A DNA stretch of 64,000 nt, taken from positions 22,859-86,858 of IMG/VR virus record IMGVR_UViG_3300044630_004371; one strand, written 5' to 3'. Source of the stretch: a virus. Both the position numbers and the translations under genes were made by a program. Below the pieces are notes generated by a model that was not told the origin of the DNA, ran no database searches, and saw only the letters and a program-made list of their open reading frames with translations. Numbering within the stretch: position 1 is the first letter of the stretch; every line of letters begins with the position of its first letter. Positions 39,632-49,212 of this stretch are shown here, in pieces.

Positions 39632-40669
39632 TTAAACTACCAATAGGTCTAGTTTTAGGATGACATCTTCTACTTTTGTTTGACCCTCAGCATCATAATT
39701 TACACTGGTTAAATCATTGGCGCAAAACCTAGTAACATTGTTTTGAAATTCATGCCATTTTGGGCTAATATCGCTTATCATCACCACATGTTTACCCAAC
39801 GACCATGCCAGCCAACTCAACCCAGAACTAACACCCAAGTGAAATTCTGCGTTCAAAATATCAAAAATTCTATTGCTTAAATTGCTATCACCAGTCATAT
39901 CTATAACATTTTTTAATTGAGTTGGTTCTTTTGATATCACAACAACATCATAACCCTTGCCAACCAAAAAATCAACAATCTCTTGCCAGCCGTTTTCAAC
40001 TTTCCATGATTTGTTATCAGAACTACCAAATTCAGCCATTGTAACATATTTTTTGGTTATATTTGTTTTAATGCTTTGATAACCAATGGATAAATCTGGA
40101 CATAGTTCTTGCCAAGGTAAACCAAGGGTTGCGGACGCTACCATCTGCAATGGGACCTCAAAAGCTTTTACTGGTGTATAATATGGGTTCTCTTCTTCAC
40201 AGGCACCAATATAATATTGGGTGTAAACATTTTCAATGACTGTATTGGGGTTTACAAAAAGAATATTTGGATAAGCATTAACAAATAAATTGTTTTTAAA
40301 GGTTGAACAGATTACAGTACAATCATGTTTTTTTCTAAACTCTTCAACATAAGGAATCCACGCTATAGTATCACCCAAAGCATATGAGTCCATTTTAATA
40401 AACACAACTTTTTTACTTGGGTTGAAGTCATCAACAAAAACGATTATTCCATCGCTGTTCTCAACAATAACCCTCCATTCTGTATACCATTGTTTTGTCT
40501 TGGCAATTATGGTTTGATTGGTTTCACAATAACCAGAACTAATCAAACCTATATTCTTATCGTAAAATTTAACAAAATATTTATGCTGTATATCACCACT
40601 AATTATTACCCTAGGCGCATTGCCTTCTCTTGGCAATGTGGTAACATAATTTACCTTAAAACTATTCAT
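39632..40669 (-). CDS. Glycosyltransferase (GT9-like; autotransporter O-heptosyltransferase-like)
   Basis: SYALGDTIAWIPYVEEFRKKHDC, HLGVSSGLSWLAWSLGKHVVMIS. Confidence 0.75.
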   Translation of the reverse strand: MNSFKVNYVTTLPREGNAPRVIISGDIQHKYFVKFYDKNIGLISSGYCETNQTIIAKTKQWYTEWRVIVENSDGIIVFVDDFNPSKKVVFIKMDSYALGDTIAWIPYVEEFRKKHDCTVICSTFKNNLFVNAYPNILFVNPNTVIENVYTQYYIGACEEENPYYTPVKAFEVPLQMVASATLGLPWQELCPDLSIGYQSIKTNITKKYVTMAEFGSSDNKSWKVENGWQEIVDFLVGKGYDVVVISKEPTQLKNVIDMTGDSNLSNRIFDILNAEFHLGVSSGLSWLAWSLGKHVVMISDISPKWHEFQNNVTRFCANDLTSVNYDAEGQTKVEDVILKLDLLVV

Positions 40670-40990
40670 TTAAAAAGATTTAATCTTATAATATAACCTC
40701 TCAAGCTCTGGGGTAAAAGTTTTAACTTCCTCAATAGCCTCAATGATTATTTCATTTGGGTTACCATCATCAGTTAACTTATACTGTAACTCTTTAACTC
40801 TGAGCATGTCTTTTAAACTATGCTTTAACTCTAAAACAACTTGGTTATACGTTGCCCATTCTTCCCTTTTGGATGAGGGTCCTTCAATAAGGTTTTCAGT
40901 AAGTTTATGTTCATACTGGTGTTCTAATATGGTTTCAAAATTACCATATTCTTTGTTAAGAGCACACCTTATTTTTGCTTTCAAGTTCAT
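40670..40990 (-). CDS. Hypothetical protein
   Basis: 106-aa ORF; paralogue of 39250-39594. Confidence 0.65.
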   Translation of the reverse strand: MNLKAKIRCALNKEYGNFETILEHQYEHKLTENLIEGPSSKREEWATYNQVVLELKHSLKDMLRVKELQYKLTDDGNPNEIIIEAIEEVKTFTPELERLYYKIKSF

Positions 40991-40994
40991 CTCA

Positions 40995-41336
40995 TTAATT
41001 CATGGGTGTGTTCTTTGATAGGCGATAATCATCGGTAATCTTGTCATACATCCAATCTCTGATTACTTGTTTGGTAAACTCTTCACCCATTTTATACTTG
41101 TATTTTAAATATTCGTATAACGATTTAGGTGTGATAACCTCTTGGTCGGCTTTAACCATAATCATCGGTTTTTCAGAATATTCACCACCCTCACGAACAA
41201 AATTTTCAATCGATTCATAATTCATATCCAAATCTTCTTTCATTTGTTTGACAATGTTAGAATGAATAGTGCCTTCTTTGAGATTCGATTTTAAACGCTC
41301 TAATTGACCTTCTGTTATGATTAGTTTCTTTTTCAT
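40995..41336 (-). CDS. Putative internal head protein with IITEGQ tag
   Basis: Starts MKKKLIITEGQLERLK; ATATTTATA 3 nt before the ATG. Confidence 0.65.
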   Translation of the reverse strand: MKKKLIITEGQLERLKSNLKEGTIHSNIVKQMKEDLDMNYESIENFVREGGEYSEKPMIMVKADQEVITPKSLYEYLKYKYKMGEEFTKQVIRDWMYDKITDDYRLSKNTPMN

Positions 41337-41376
41337 ATCTATAAATATCGCTGCCAAAGAAAAAGACATATGTATA

Positions 41377-41700
41377 TTACGATAGCAAAGCGTTTATTTT
41401 TTCTTGTAATTCAGCTTTGCTTTTTAAACCGCTTACTCTATCAACAACATTACCACCTTTGATAAATAAAACTGTTGGGATACCTCTGATACCATATTTA
41501 ACAGCTGATGCTTTATTTTCATCAACGTTGACTTTTGCAATGTTAATTTTTTCATTGTTTTCGTTATCTTTTGATAATTCATCAATGATTGGTGATAACA
41601 TCCTACACGGAGCACACCAAGGTGCCCAAAAATCTAATACTGTTAATTCTTTTTCGCTCAACGCTATAGCGATATCTGCGTCTGTTATTTCTAATGCCAT
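41377..41700 (-). CDS. trxA: Thioredoxin
   Basis: LDFWAPWCAPCRML, KVNVDEN, GIRGIPT. Confidence 0.95.
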   Translation of the reverse strand: MALEITDADIAIALSEKELTVLDFWAPWCAPCRMLSPIIDELSKDNENNEKINIAKVNVDENKASAVKYGIRGIPTVLFIKGGNVVDRVSGLKSKAELQEKINALLS

Positions 41701-41759
41701 TTACTTGTTTTTTAATTTTTGTTATAGTTATAAATATAATCAAAACGCTACAATAATCA

Positions 41760-42011
41760 ATGTCTGACTCAGAAATAATTTGGAAATTTTTAATCCGTGA
41801 ATACAAAGATGACCATGTTGTCATATATTTATATTGTTGTGGCAACGTGAGAAGTCCACAAACAGCCATTGACCGTGTTTTTGAATTCACCAAACAAATT
41901 TTTTGCCCAGTAATCCCAGAATGTCTCTTAAAATCTACGGTAATTGCTTACCTAAATTTTAAGAAAAAACGATATCAAAGGGCTGAAATAAATATAAAAC
42001 CGATTTATTGA
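41760..42011 (+). CDS. Hypothetical protein
   Basis: 83-aa ORF. Confidence 0.5.
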   Translation: MSDSEIIWKFLIREYKDDHVVIYLYCCGNVRSPQTAIDRVFEFTKQIFCPVIPECLLKSTVIAYLNFKKKRYQRAEINIKPIY

Positions 42012-42322
42012 TATAAATCCCCTGTGTTTGGGTAAAACTCCTTGGTGGCTCTAACTATATTCTCAAATATTAGATACCTTTCTAAAATAAAATAGTTGGC
42101 TATGTAAATACCAGATGTTTCAGCATCCATGGTAAAGATATTATTAAGCATGTCTGATATGGTTGAGGTGTGATTTTTAACCAAATTTATAACCCTAGCA
42201 TCACTCAAACTAACACCCATCCATCTACAATAACTAACATGAGAATTAAAACCAGTTTGTTTATGAAGTTTTAATGTAATTTCACAAATTGTCAAATAAA
42301 TAAAATTATCGTATTTGGTCAT
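42005..42322 (-). CDS. Hypothetical protein
   Basis: 105-aa ORF. Confidence 0.5.
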   Translation of the reverse strand: MTKYDNFIYLTICEITLKLHKQTGFNSHVSYCRWMGVSLSDARVINLVKNHTSTISDMLNNIFTMDAETSGIYIANYFILERYLIFENIVRATKEFYPNTGDLYQ

Positions 42323-42469
42323 TTTTTAATTAAAAACAAGGTATTTATAATAAATTAATTATCATGGAAGACGAAATTATTGAACAAACAATCGTAATAC
42401 CTGAACCCATATCAACTCACGATGAATGGGATGAATGGGATGATTTTGGTGACCATTGTTGTTTTTAAC

Positions 42470-42718
42470 ATGTATACTGAAGTAGACAAAAGACTTATGC
42501 TTAAATTCCTTGAACGTAATTATCCAGTAACTAGGGTTAAACATAACATGCGTTTTAGAAGAGCTATACTGTTAGACAACGGTCAAACATTTATCCTAAG
42601 TGAACAAGGTTCATGTGCTCAACTTAAATTTCAGTTGCTGGACATTCTACATCAAATTTTTGATTGTGATGACATTATTTGTAGAGTCGTTTTAGATAGT
42701 TTTCTACCAATAAAATAA
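42470..42718 (+). CDS. Hypothetical protein
   Basis: Likely start MYTEVD, directly after a 34-aa acidic ORF at 42364-42468. Confidence 0.55.
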   Translation: MYTEVDKRLMLKFLERNYPVTRVKHNMRFRRAILLDNGQTFILSEQGSCAQLKFQLLDILHQIFDCDDIICRVVLDSFLPIK

Positions 42719-42897
42719 ATACACCAAAACCCTTTTTTATATACACACCAAAAGTAATAATAGGTATAATTGTAAATAAATAAAATAAATTTGGATGGTT
42801 TTCACCACAACAACCTAATAGGTGTTTTAATACTTCTACCATTTTTTATACAAAGGTATGAAAAAAAATCTAAAATACCAAATTTTAAACTGAAAAA

Positions 42898-43350
42898 TTA
42901 TAAAGAATAAACAATAACTTTGATTTCTTTAACCATAAGGTTACCATCAGAATCGTTAACCAGCTCAATTTCAACATCATCACCAACCGTAATAACACCC
43001 GTACCCTTCTCTTCTTCTGTTACTATCATTCCCCAATTTAATTTCATTGGAAGTGTCACCGTATCAGTATTGTCATTATCAATAAAGTATTCAACCTCAG
43101 CTTCTAGTTCTGTTGGACCCATAATTCCAGATAATGAAATACCTTTGACACCCCAGCTTCTACCCTCAAGCTCAATATCATAAGATAAACGAACCTTGAT
43201 AGGCAAAACATCATTGATTTCATAACCCTTATAGTTGGCACGATAAGGGTTAAAAGTTACATTAACCTCTCTGTTGTATCTGTTCCCACCTTGTTCGGTG
43301 ATTTGAGATTTGATTCTTTCTAATTGACCTTCGGTAATTTTTAATTTCAT
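42898..43350 (-). CDS. Putative internal head protein with KITEGQ tag
   Basis: Starts MKLKITEGQLERIKSQITE. Confidence 0.65.
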   Translation of the reverse strand: MKLKITEGQLERIKSQITEQGGNRYNREVNVTFNPYRANYKGYEINDVLPIKVRLSYDIELEGRSWGVKGISLSGIMGPTELEAEVEYFIDNDNTDTVTLPMKLNWGMIVTEEEKGTGVITVGDDVEIELVNDSDGNLMVKEIKVIVYSL

Positions 43351-43355
43351 AGTGT

Positions 43356-43727
43356 TTATTTTTGTTTTATTATAAGCTCGCCCAATACCTCTAATTTACC
43401 TAGCAATTCTTGAAACGCAATCTGATTGATATTCATATCACCCTTGGTAGCCGAATAAAACTTATCTAAAAGCTTATGATATTCTTTTTTGGCATCTTCC
43501 ATCTTTAACTTGCCATTCTTGGCTTTCTCGTAATAAGGTAATTTTACTTTGAAATGATGATAAGTCAACATCGCCAACCCACCTTTCTTTTCTGCATTGT
43601 CAACTATCTTCTCAGCACCACCCAAACGAGTATTGGCAAATTCCTCCATCTTTACATCAGTAGGCTTCGCTTCCATCAATGCATTCATTGTTCTCTTGTA
43701 CTGTTCTTCAGTGATTTTTATTTTCAT
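43356..43727 (-). CDS. Putative internal head protein with KITEEQ tag
   Basis: Starts MKIKITEEQYKR; ATATTTATA motif upstream. Confidence 0.65.
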   Translation of the reverse strand: MKIKITEEQYKRTMNALMEAKPTDVKMEEFANTRLGGAEKIVDNAEKKGGLAMLTYHHFKVKLPYYEKAKNGKLKMEDAKKEYHKLLDKFYSATKGDMNINQIAFQELLGKLEVLGELIIKQK

Positions 43728-43781
43728 ATGTTTTTTATATAAATATCGTTTATTTTTACAAAATACTTAGTACATTACAAC

Positions 43782-44390
43782 ATGGCCAAAAAGAAACCCA
43801 AATTATTAGTGGAACTCATCCCAACTACATGCCACTATAGCAACGTGAGAACAACGGTTAAACCATCTGAATGGGATAAGATTCGTTTTATTTCTTATGA
43901 AGCAGCTGGTCATAAATGTGAAATATGTGGTGAAGTGGGTAAAAACCAAGGATATAAACACAATGTTGAATGTCACGAAATCTGGGAATACGATGATGAA
44001 AATAAAATTCAAAAACTCATAGGTCTAATTTCATTATGTCCAATCTGTCACCAAGTTAAACACATAGGTAGAGCCATAGCAATGAAACGACACAAAATTG
44101 TTTACGACCAACTCATAAAGGTAAACAAGTGGACACAACAAGAAGTAGAACAACACGTATTGACCTCTTTTGAGCTCCATAAAGAACGTTCTAAGTTTGA
44201 GTGGGGCTTGGACCTATCCATACTAACAGAAGAACCCTATGGCATCAAATTAAAGGATTTCAAAACTAGGATATTCAAGGTCAGAAAATACAAGAAAAAA
44301 CGTAAACGCAAATCTACCAAAACAAAAACAGCTGCCAAGAAGACAGTTGCCAAGCGTAATGTAAATAAAAGACCACCTAAGAAACCCTAG
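43782..44390 (+). CDS. HNH-like zinc-binding nuclease with a basic tail
   Basis: CEICG...ECHEIW...LCPICHQVKH; Lys/Arg-rich C-terminus. Confidence 0.7.
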   Translation: MAKKKPKLLVELIPTTCHYSNVRTTVKPSEWDKIRFISYEAAGHKCEICGEVGKNQGYKHNVECHEIWEYDDENKIQKLIGLISLCPICHQVKHIGRAIAMKRHKIVYDQLIKVNKWTQQEVEQHVLTSFELHKERSKFEWGLDLSILTEEPYGIKLKDFKTRIFKVRKYKKKRKRKSTKTKTAAKKTVAKRNVNKRPPKKP

Positions 44391-44420
44391 AACTATCTAG
44401 GTGATAAGTTCGCCAAGCAA

Positions 44421-44834
44421 TTACTTTACCTTAAACCTTTCCTTCCTTTCGTTAATCAAGCCAACAAAAAAAGATTCAAATTTTATCTTTGATTCATAAT
44501 CAATAGATGTTACCAACATGGCATGACGTATATCGTGAATCGAAATCAAAAATCTAGAATCACCCTTATATGAAGATAAATCATTCTTTGCAATGGGTTT
44601 ATCATCATCTTCTTCATGCTTAACAGATATGGGTTGACTATCTTTGGGTGCTTCCACAACATCACCCTTCAATTGCTTATACAAATCATAAATTGGTATC
44701 TCTACAGCTCCAGATTTCATTCCCTTTAGCTTCATGGAAATGGTTTGCTGTTCGGTCAAGGTAATCTGAATCTCACGCTCATCAAATCTTATAGTTGTTT
44801 CACGTGTTATGTCTTTGTCTAATATTGTAGCCAT
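44421..44834 (-). CDS. Hypothetical protein
   Basis: 137-aa ORF with a TACCTTTG box upstream. Confidence 0.65.
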   Translation of the reverse strand: MATILDKDITRETTIRFDEREIQITLTEQQTISMKLKGMKSGAVEIPIYDLYKQLKGDVVEAPKDSQPISVKHEEDDDKPIAKNDLSSYKGDSRFLISIHDIRHAMLVTSIDYESKIKFESFFVGLINERKERFKVK

Positions 44835-44910
44835 TTATTTACATTTTATACAAAGGTACAAAAACTATTTGATATTTCCAAATATTTATAAAGGAAATAC
44901 CAGCACATCA

Positions 44911-46179
44911 ATGAAATTTATAAGAATAAACCCAAAACTCATCAAGGAAAACCTTGCCCCAATCGCCCCAATTCAACATTTGGACGAAATAGATGCATTG
45001 GCCAATACCCTTGATGATAACCTAGGTAAAGAAGTCCATATCCCAAAAGATGTCCTAGATAGCTTCAAAATCAAAAATACACTTAACCCAGAAATCTGGC
45101 TAGAAGGTAATCTTAATCCAAAAGTACAAAAAAACCTTATCAAAATAGCCAATGGTTTTATCAAAGATATAAACCTACCCAAGGGTATAACAATCAAAGA
45201 TATTATCTTTACAGGTAGCCTTGCCAATTATAATTGGTCCAAATTCTCTGATATAGACCTACACGTTGTACTTGACTTTAATGAATTTGATGCCGACCCA
45301 GAAATAATTCAAAACTATTTCAACTCACAAAAAACTCTCTGGAACCAAGAACATGATATTACAATATTCAATTATCCAGTAGAACTCTATGTCCAAGATA
45401 CCAACGCTAAACTTGTAGCAACTGCCATATATTCTGTCTTGCGTAATCAATGGATTAAAAAACCTAAACGTGAAGAATTCAAATTGGATAAAGTCGCTAC
45501 CAAAGACAAAGCCCAATCATTTATTAGCCAACTCAAAGATATACGTGATGATTACAAAGATAAACAATATCAATCAGTTGTGGATAAGGTAACCAAGGTA
45601 AAAGCTAAAATAAAACAAATGAGAAAAGCTGGCCTAGAAAGCGGTGGTGAATTCTCTCTGGAAAACCTTGTGTTCAAGGTTCTACGTAGAACCCCTTTCA
45701 TCGATATCCTAGATAGCTTCAAAGCCAAGGCCTACGATAACCTTATGTCAGTTACAGAGAAAATGGAACCACTGGATGAAGATATAGAATACCCTAAATT
45801 TGGTACGTTGTTTATCAAAGGACCAGCACTGGAAGATGGTACACATAGATTATACGCAACCACCGTAAACAATGTAATCGTATTGGGTAGAAAAAAAATA
45901 GACGATACATCTGGTGAACCAGTTAAAATGGCTGTATTTGGAAACAATCAAGTATTTAGAGTGGGACTGATAGATGGAAAACTTAAAAATATAAAGGTTG
46001 GGTGGAAATCAAATCAATCCATGTTGGAGAAAATGGGACTCACCAAACCCAGCATTGGGCTTCATTACAACAAAACACCAAATCACGAAGATAGTCTTAA
46101 AATAACACAAGTACCTCAAGCCATCAATAGCTTGAGCTCAGAACTACAAAATATCCCAAACATTAGATGGGTCGGCTAA
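44911..46179 (+). CDS. Pol-beta superfamily nucleotidyltransferase with cleavable-looking N-terminus and an extra C-terminal module
   Basis: TGSLANYNWSKFSDIDLH (GS..DxD), PVELYVQD; LIKE/LDE sites; ATATTTATA at 44882-44890. Confidence 0.8.
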   Translation: MKFIRINPKLIKENLAPIAPIQHLDEIDALANTLDDNLGKEVHIPKDVLDSFKIKNTLNPEIWLEGNLNPKVQKNLIKIANGFIKDINLPKGITIKDIIFTGSLANYNWSKFSDIDLHVVLDFNEFDADPEIIQNYFNSQKTLWNQEHDITIFNYPVELYVQDTNAKLVATAIYSVLRNQWIKKPKREEFKLDKVATKDKAQSFISQLKDIRDDYKDKQYQSVVDKVTKVKAKIKQMRKAGLESGGEFSLENLVFKVLRRTPFIDILDSFKAKAYDNLMSVTEKMEPLDEDIEYPKFGTLFIKGPALEDGTHRLYATTVNNVIVLGRKKIDDTSGEPVKMAVFGNNQVFRVGLIDGKLKNIKVGWKSNQSMLEKMGLTKPSIGLHYNKTPNHEDSLKITQVPQAINSLSSELQNIPNIRWVG

Positions 46180-46180
46180 T

Positions 46181-46948
46181 ATGAAAAATTTTATAAAACA
46201 AAAACTATACGAAGCTCTAGAAGACAAAGGTTACAAGGTACTGCCTTATGACCCTAAACCAGAAATGAAAGCGGCTGGTACTTATCCTAGCCTTAGCAAC
46301 CCATCCTTTAAACTAGACCTTAATAAAATCAAATTTAGAATGGCCAAAGCAGCCAACCTAGCATCTGTTTATAAAGCTACCAACCCAGAAGATAACTACT
46401 TCTTGTCACCTACCGATGGAGATGGATTCTATCAAGTGGAATTTCGTCACGATGGTCAAATCAAAACCAAACACATTAGAGCCAGTGCCGATATGATGCA
46501 ACAAGGTGGTGCTTTTCAACCTAGTGATGTGGGTACTTGCAAGTCCTTCCAAAATATCGCTAGATATTGCTTTGTAAAGGCTGGAAAGAATGGTGGTGCT
46601 GTGGGTGTAAGTCCAGCAGATGATGCCGCTAACAAAGCCCTAATCATCTTTAAAAGTGAAATACTAGACTTCCTAGATAGTGGTAGTTATGATGATGGTA
46701 AAGCAGCTGAAATATCCGCCCAATCAATGAATGATAAAATGAAACTTCATAAACAAAAGAAAGACCTCGAAACCCAAATAGGTAGAAGACTTTCTGACTC
46801 AGAATGGCAAAACTTCTTGTCTACGGGTGAAACACCCAAAACCAAAAGTGGAATTGCCATGGACCCAGAAAAAGCAGCTGAAATAGAAAAAAGACAAGCC
46901 ATGGCTCAAGATAGAATAGCAGCAGCCAAAGCTAGAATGAATAAATAA
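46181..46948 (+). CDS. Putative internal head protein
   Basis: Starts MKNFIKQKLYE. Confidence 0.6.
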   Translation: MKNFIKQKLYEALEDKGYKVLPYDPKPEMKAAGTYPSLSNPSFKLDLNKIKFRMAKAANLASVYKATNPEDNYFLSPTDGDGFYQVEFRHDGQIKTKHIRASADMMQQGGAFQPSDVGTCKSFQNIARYCFVKAGKNGGAVGVSPADDAANKALIIFKSEILDFLDSGSYDDGKAAEISAQSMNDKMKLHKQKKDLETQIGRRLSDSEWQNFLSTGETPKTKSGIAMDPEKAAEIEKRQAMAQDRIAAAKARMNK

Positions 46949-46956
46949 ATGTAATT

Positions 46957-48402
46957 TTAAAAAGGCAAGATATTAACATCAAAAGCCATTAACATATCAT
47001 TAACTGTCCCTATATTGGTGTAGTTTTGATGATATGTTTCTTCACCCTTGGCCGTATTCTCAAACCCATTGGCATTGACAAAATCAATCATCATTTTATT
47101 GACCTCATCCACCAATTCTTGAGGTGCTTGTTCATTGAATTTGCCTTTGAATTGTGCATTTACCAAAGCCTTGTCATGACTTGGGTCTATCTTCTCATAA
47201 AGTCCTTTGTTGTTGTATGTTTCTGATATATGATGTGGATGAACCTTTTCTGTTCTGCTTTGATACGTATCCCAATTCAAAGATAATACGTTGACTTGAA
47301 GCGTATAGCCTTTGACATGGAAAATGGCACTTTGTCCCTTGTCCACTTGGTCAATATACGTACCAACACAATGATGCTGCAACATGCCCTCACCCAACAT
47401 ATCCTTGTTGGTTTTTAATAATCTATACCCAGAAAAATCAGCAAATGCCTTGTATATGGGTCTGATATTCAAATCATATTCAATCTCACAATCCAATACT
47501 ATACGTGTAATCTCCTTCGACCACTTGTCATGCTCCTCTCTTAATCTCTTGGCACCCCAAGCACAATTTATCTTTCTACCTAGCGTATTGGCCATCTTGC
47601 ATGTATCATAAAAAAGATGGTCATTCAATAACTCTGGAGTTACATTCTCAAGGTTGTCCAATACCTTGAGTATACTATGCCATCGCTTGATGGGTTCACC
47701 TTGATTCTTAAGAGTCTGAAAGGATTGGCTTTCCATAACTATCTTGGCAATGTTGTTGGGAACTTTCATAACATGTCGGTTCAAATCCTTCATCCCAAAT
47801 AATTTCTGCGTTTTGATAACATTCATATTGGCACCTAGGGATATATCCGATTCAGATAACATTAGCACCCAAGGAAAATGCTTATGAAAATATTTGAAGA
47901 CTTCAGATTTTTCAGTAAAACTACCAACCTCTTTATTCCAAGTATAAAGGTTTTCGCTTTCTTGAATGAAAGAAATGAAGCCTCCATAGGTCAATGGACG
48001 TATAGACTTGTTTTTGTTACGGTTGTTTATATACCAAAACTTGCCCTTCTTGTAAGATATACTGGCTAGTTTCTTCTGTGATGAATATATTCTATTAGTA
48101 GTGCTTATACCAAACTGTACACTAAATTGACATATCTCAAATTCATCGTTGTTAAACTCAAACAATACCAATCTGGTAAAATGAAAATACCCCTTGCCCT
48201 TGTTGTGATATTTGACCCTAGCCTTAAATGGGTCCTCTTTATATATACGAAACAACTCGTTGACCTCTTTTTTGTCAGATTCTTTTATAAGAGTATACTT
48301 TACCTCTTCAGTGGGGTCAATAGCCTTTTTCTTGAATCGTTTGGCTTTCTTTACTGGATGTGTAATATCCTTGGGAATTCTAGGTTGAGTTAATAATTTC
48401 AT
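46957..48402 (-). CDS. PcfJ-like domain protein
   Basis: LREEHD...LLKT..DM..EG.LQHHCVGTY...QFKGKFN. Confidence 0.65.
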   Translation of the reverse strand: MKLLTQPRIPKDITHPVKKAKRFKKKAIDPTEEVKYTLIKESDKKEVNELFRIYKEDPFKARVKYHNKGKGYFHFTRLVLFEFNNDEFEICQFSVQFGISTTNRIYSSQKKLASISYKKGKFWYINNRNKNKSIRPLTYGGFISFIQESENLYTWNKEVGSFTEKSEVFKYFHKHFPWVLMLSESDISLGANMNVIKTQKLFGMKDLNRHVMKVPNNIAKIVMESQSFQTLKNQGEPIKRWHSILKVLDNLENVTPELLNDHLFYDTCKMANTLGRKINCAWGAKRLREEHDKWSKEITRIVLDCEIEYDLNIRPIYKAFADFSGYRLLKTNKDMLGEGMLQHHCVGTYIDQVDKGQSAIFHVKGYTLQVNVLSLNWDTYQSRTEKVHPHHISETYNNKGLYEKIDPSHDKALVNAQFKGKFNEQAPQELVDEVNKMMIDFVNANGFENTAKGEETYHQNYTNIGTVNDMLMAFDVNILPF

Positions 48403-48457
48403 AAGTATTATTTATTTTGATACAAAGGTATGTAAAATATTTCAGACTTCCAAATAT

Positions 48458-48934
48458 TTAGGGTTTTTTTGTTGAATAATATCGCATATAACTCATAAGA
48501 CACTTGGACTTAAAATCTTGCCACTTCTTATCATCTATCCTTATATCCAATATAGAAGCCAATTTATAACCCTCATCCCATGCCTTGAACTCCTCCTCCA
48601 TACACGAAACATTATACTTGACCCTACGCTTGTATTTTGAATCATTCTTGAAAAAATGAACATGCTCAGCATATGCGGAAATTGGCAATACCCTTGTAAA
48701 CTCATCCCAATCCTTCCTCAATATGTGATGACCCAACTCATGCAATAATATGTAAACCTTGATTTCTATTGGATACTTGCCTTGTATCTTTATCTCCAAT
48801 GGAGTGTTGAGTGTCTTTGTCTTCCAATCAATATACGAAACATCATTGTGGTCAAAAATTATTTTCTCATAACCCTCATTATGACCCCAGTGTGTCAACT
48901 TGTCCAATGCTCGTGTATAATTGTATCGACCCAT
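48458..48934 (-). CDS. HExxH metallopeptidase-like protein
   Basis: LLHELGH...EEEFKAW. Confidence 0.65.
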   Translation of the reverse strand: MGRYNYTRALDKLTHWGHNEGYEKIIFDHNDVSYIDWKTKTLNTPLEIKIQGKYPIEIKVYILLHELGHHILRKDWDEFTRVLPISAYAEHVHFFKNDSKYKRRVKYNVSCMEEEFKAWDEGYKLASILDIRIDDKKWQDFKSKCLMSYMRYYSTKKP

Positions 48935-48951
48935 ACCAATAAATATTCCAT

Positions 48952-49150
48952 AAGGGTCTAAAAATCCCCAGAAAAATTTCTGGAAAAAATTTTTTTAAAA
49001 TAGGGGTGGCTGAATTTTTAAGTCGAAAATTTCTGGAAAAAAAATTTTTTTAAAATAGGGGTACCCCTTGACAAGGGTCAAAAAATTCCCAGAAAAAATT
49101 TCACGTATAGCATCATAGCCCCATATGGCACGGGTACGGGGGGGTATATA
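48952..49150. repeat. A-tract direct/inverted repeat cluster ending in a G run
   Basis: AAAATTTCTGGAAAAAA(A)TTTTTTTAAAATAGGGGT x2; AAGGGTC.AAAAAT.CCCAGAAAAA x2. Confidence 0.8.
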
Positions 49151-49212
49151 ATTTTATAACAATATACCTTGACTTTTTAATATTAATTAGTATATTTATA
49201 TAAAAACTAAAT

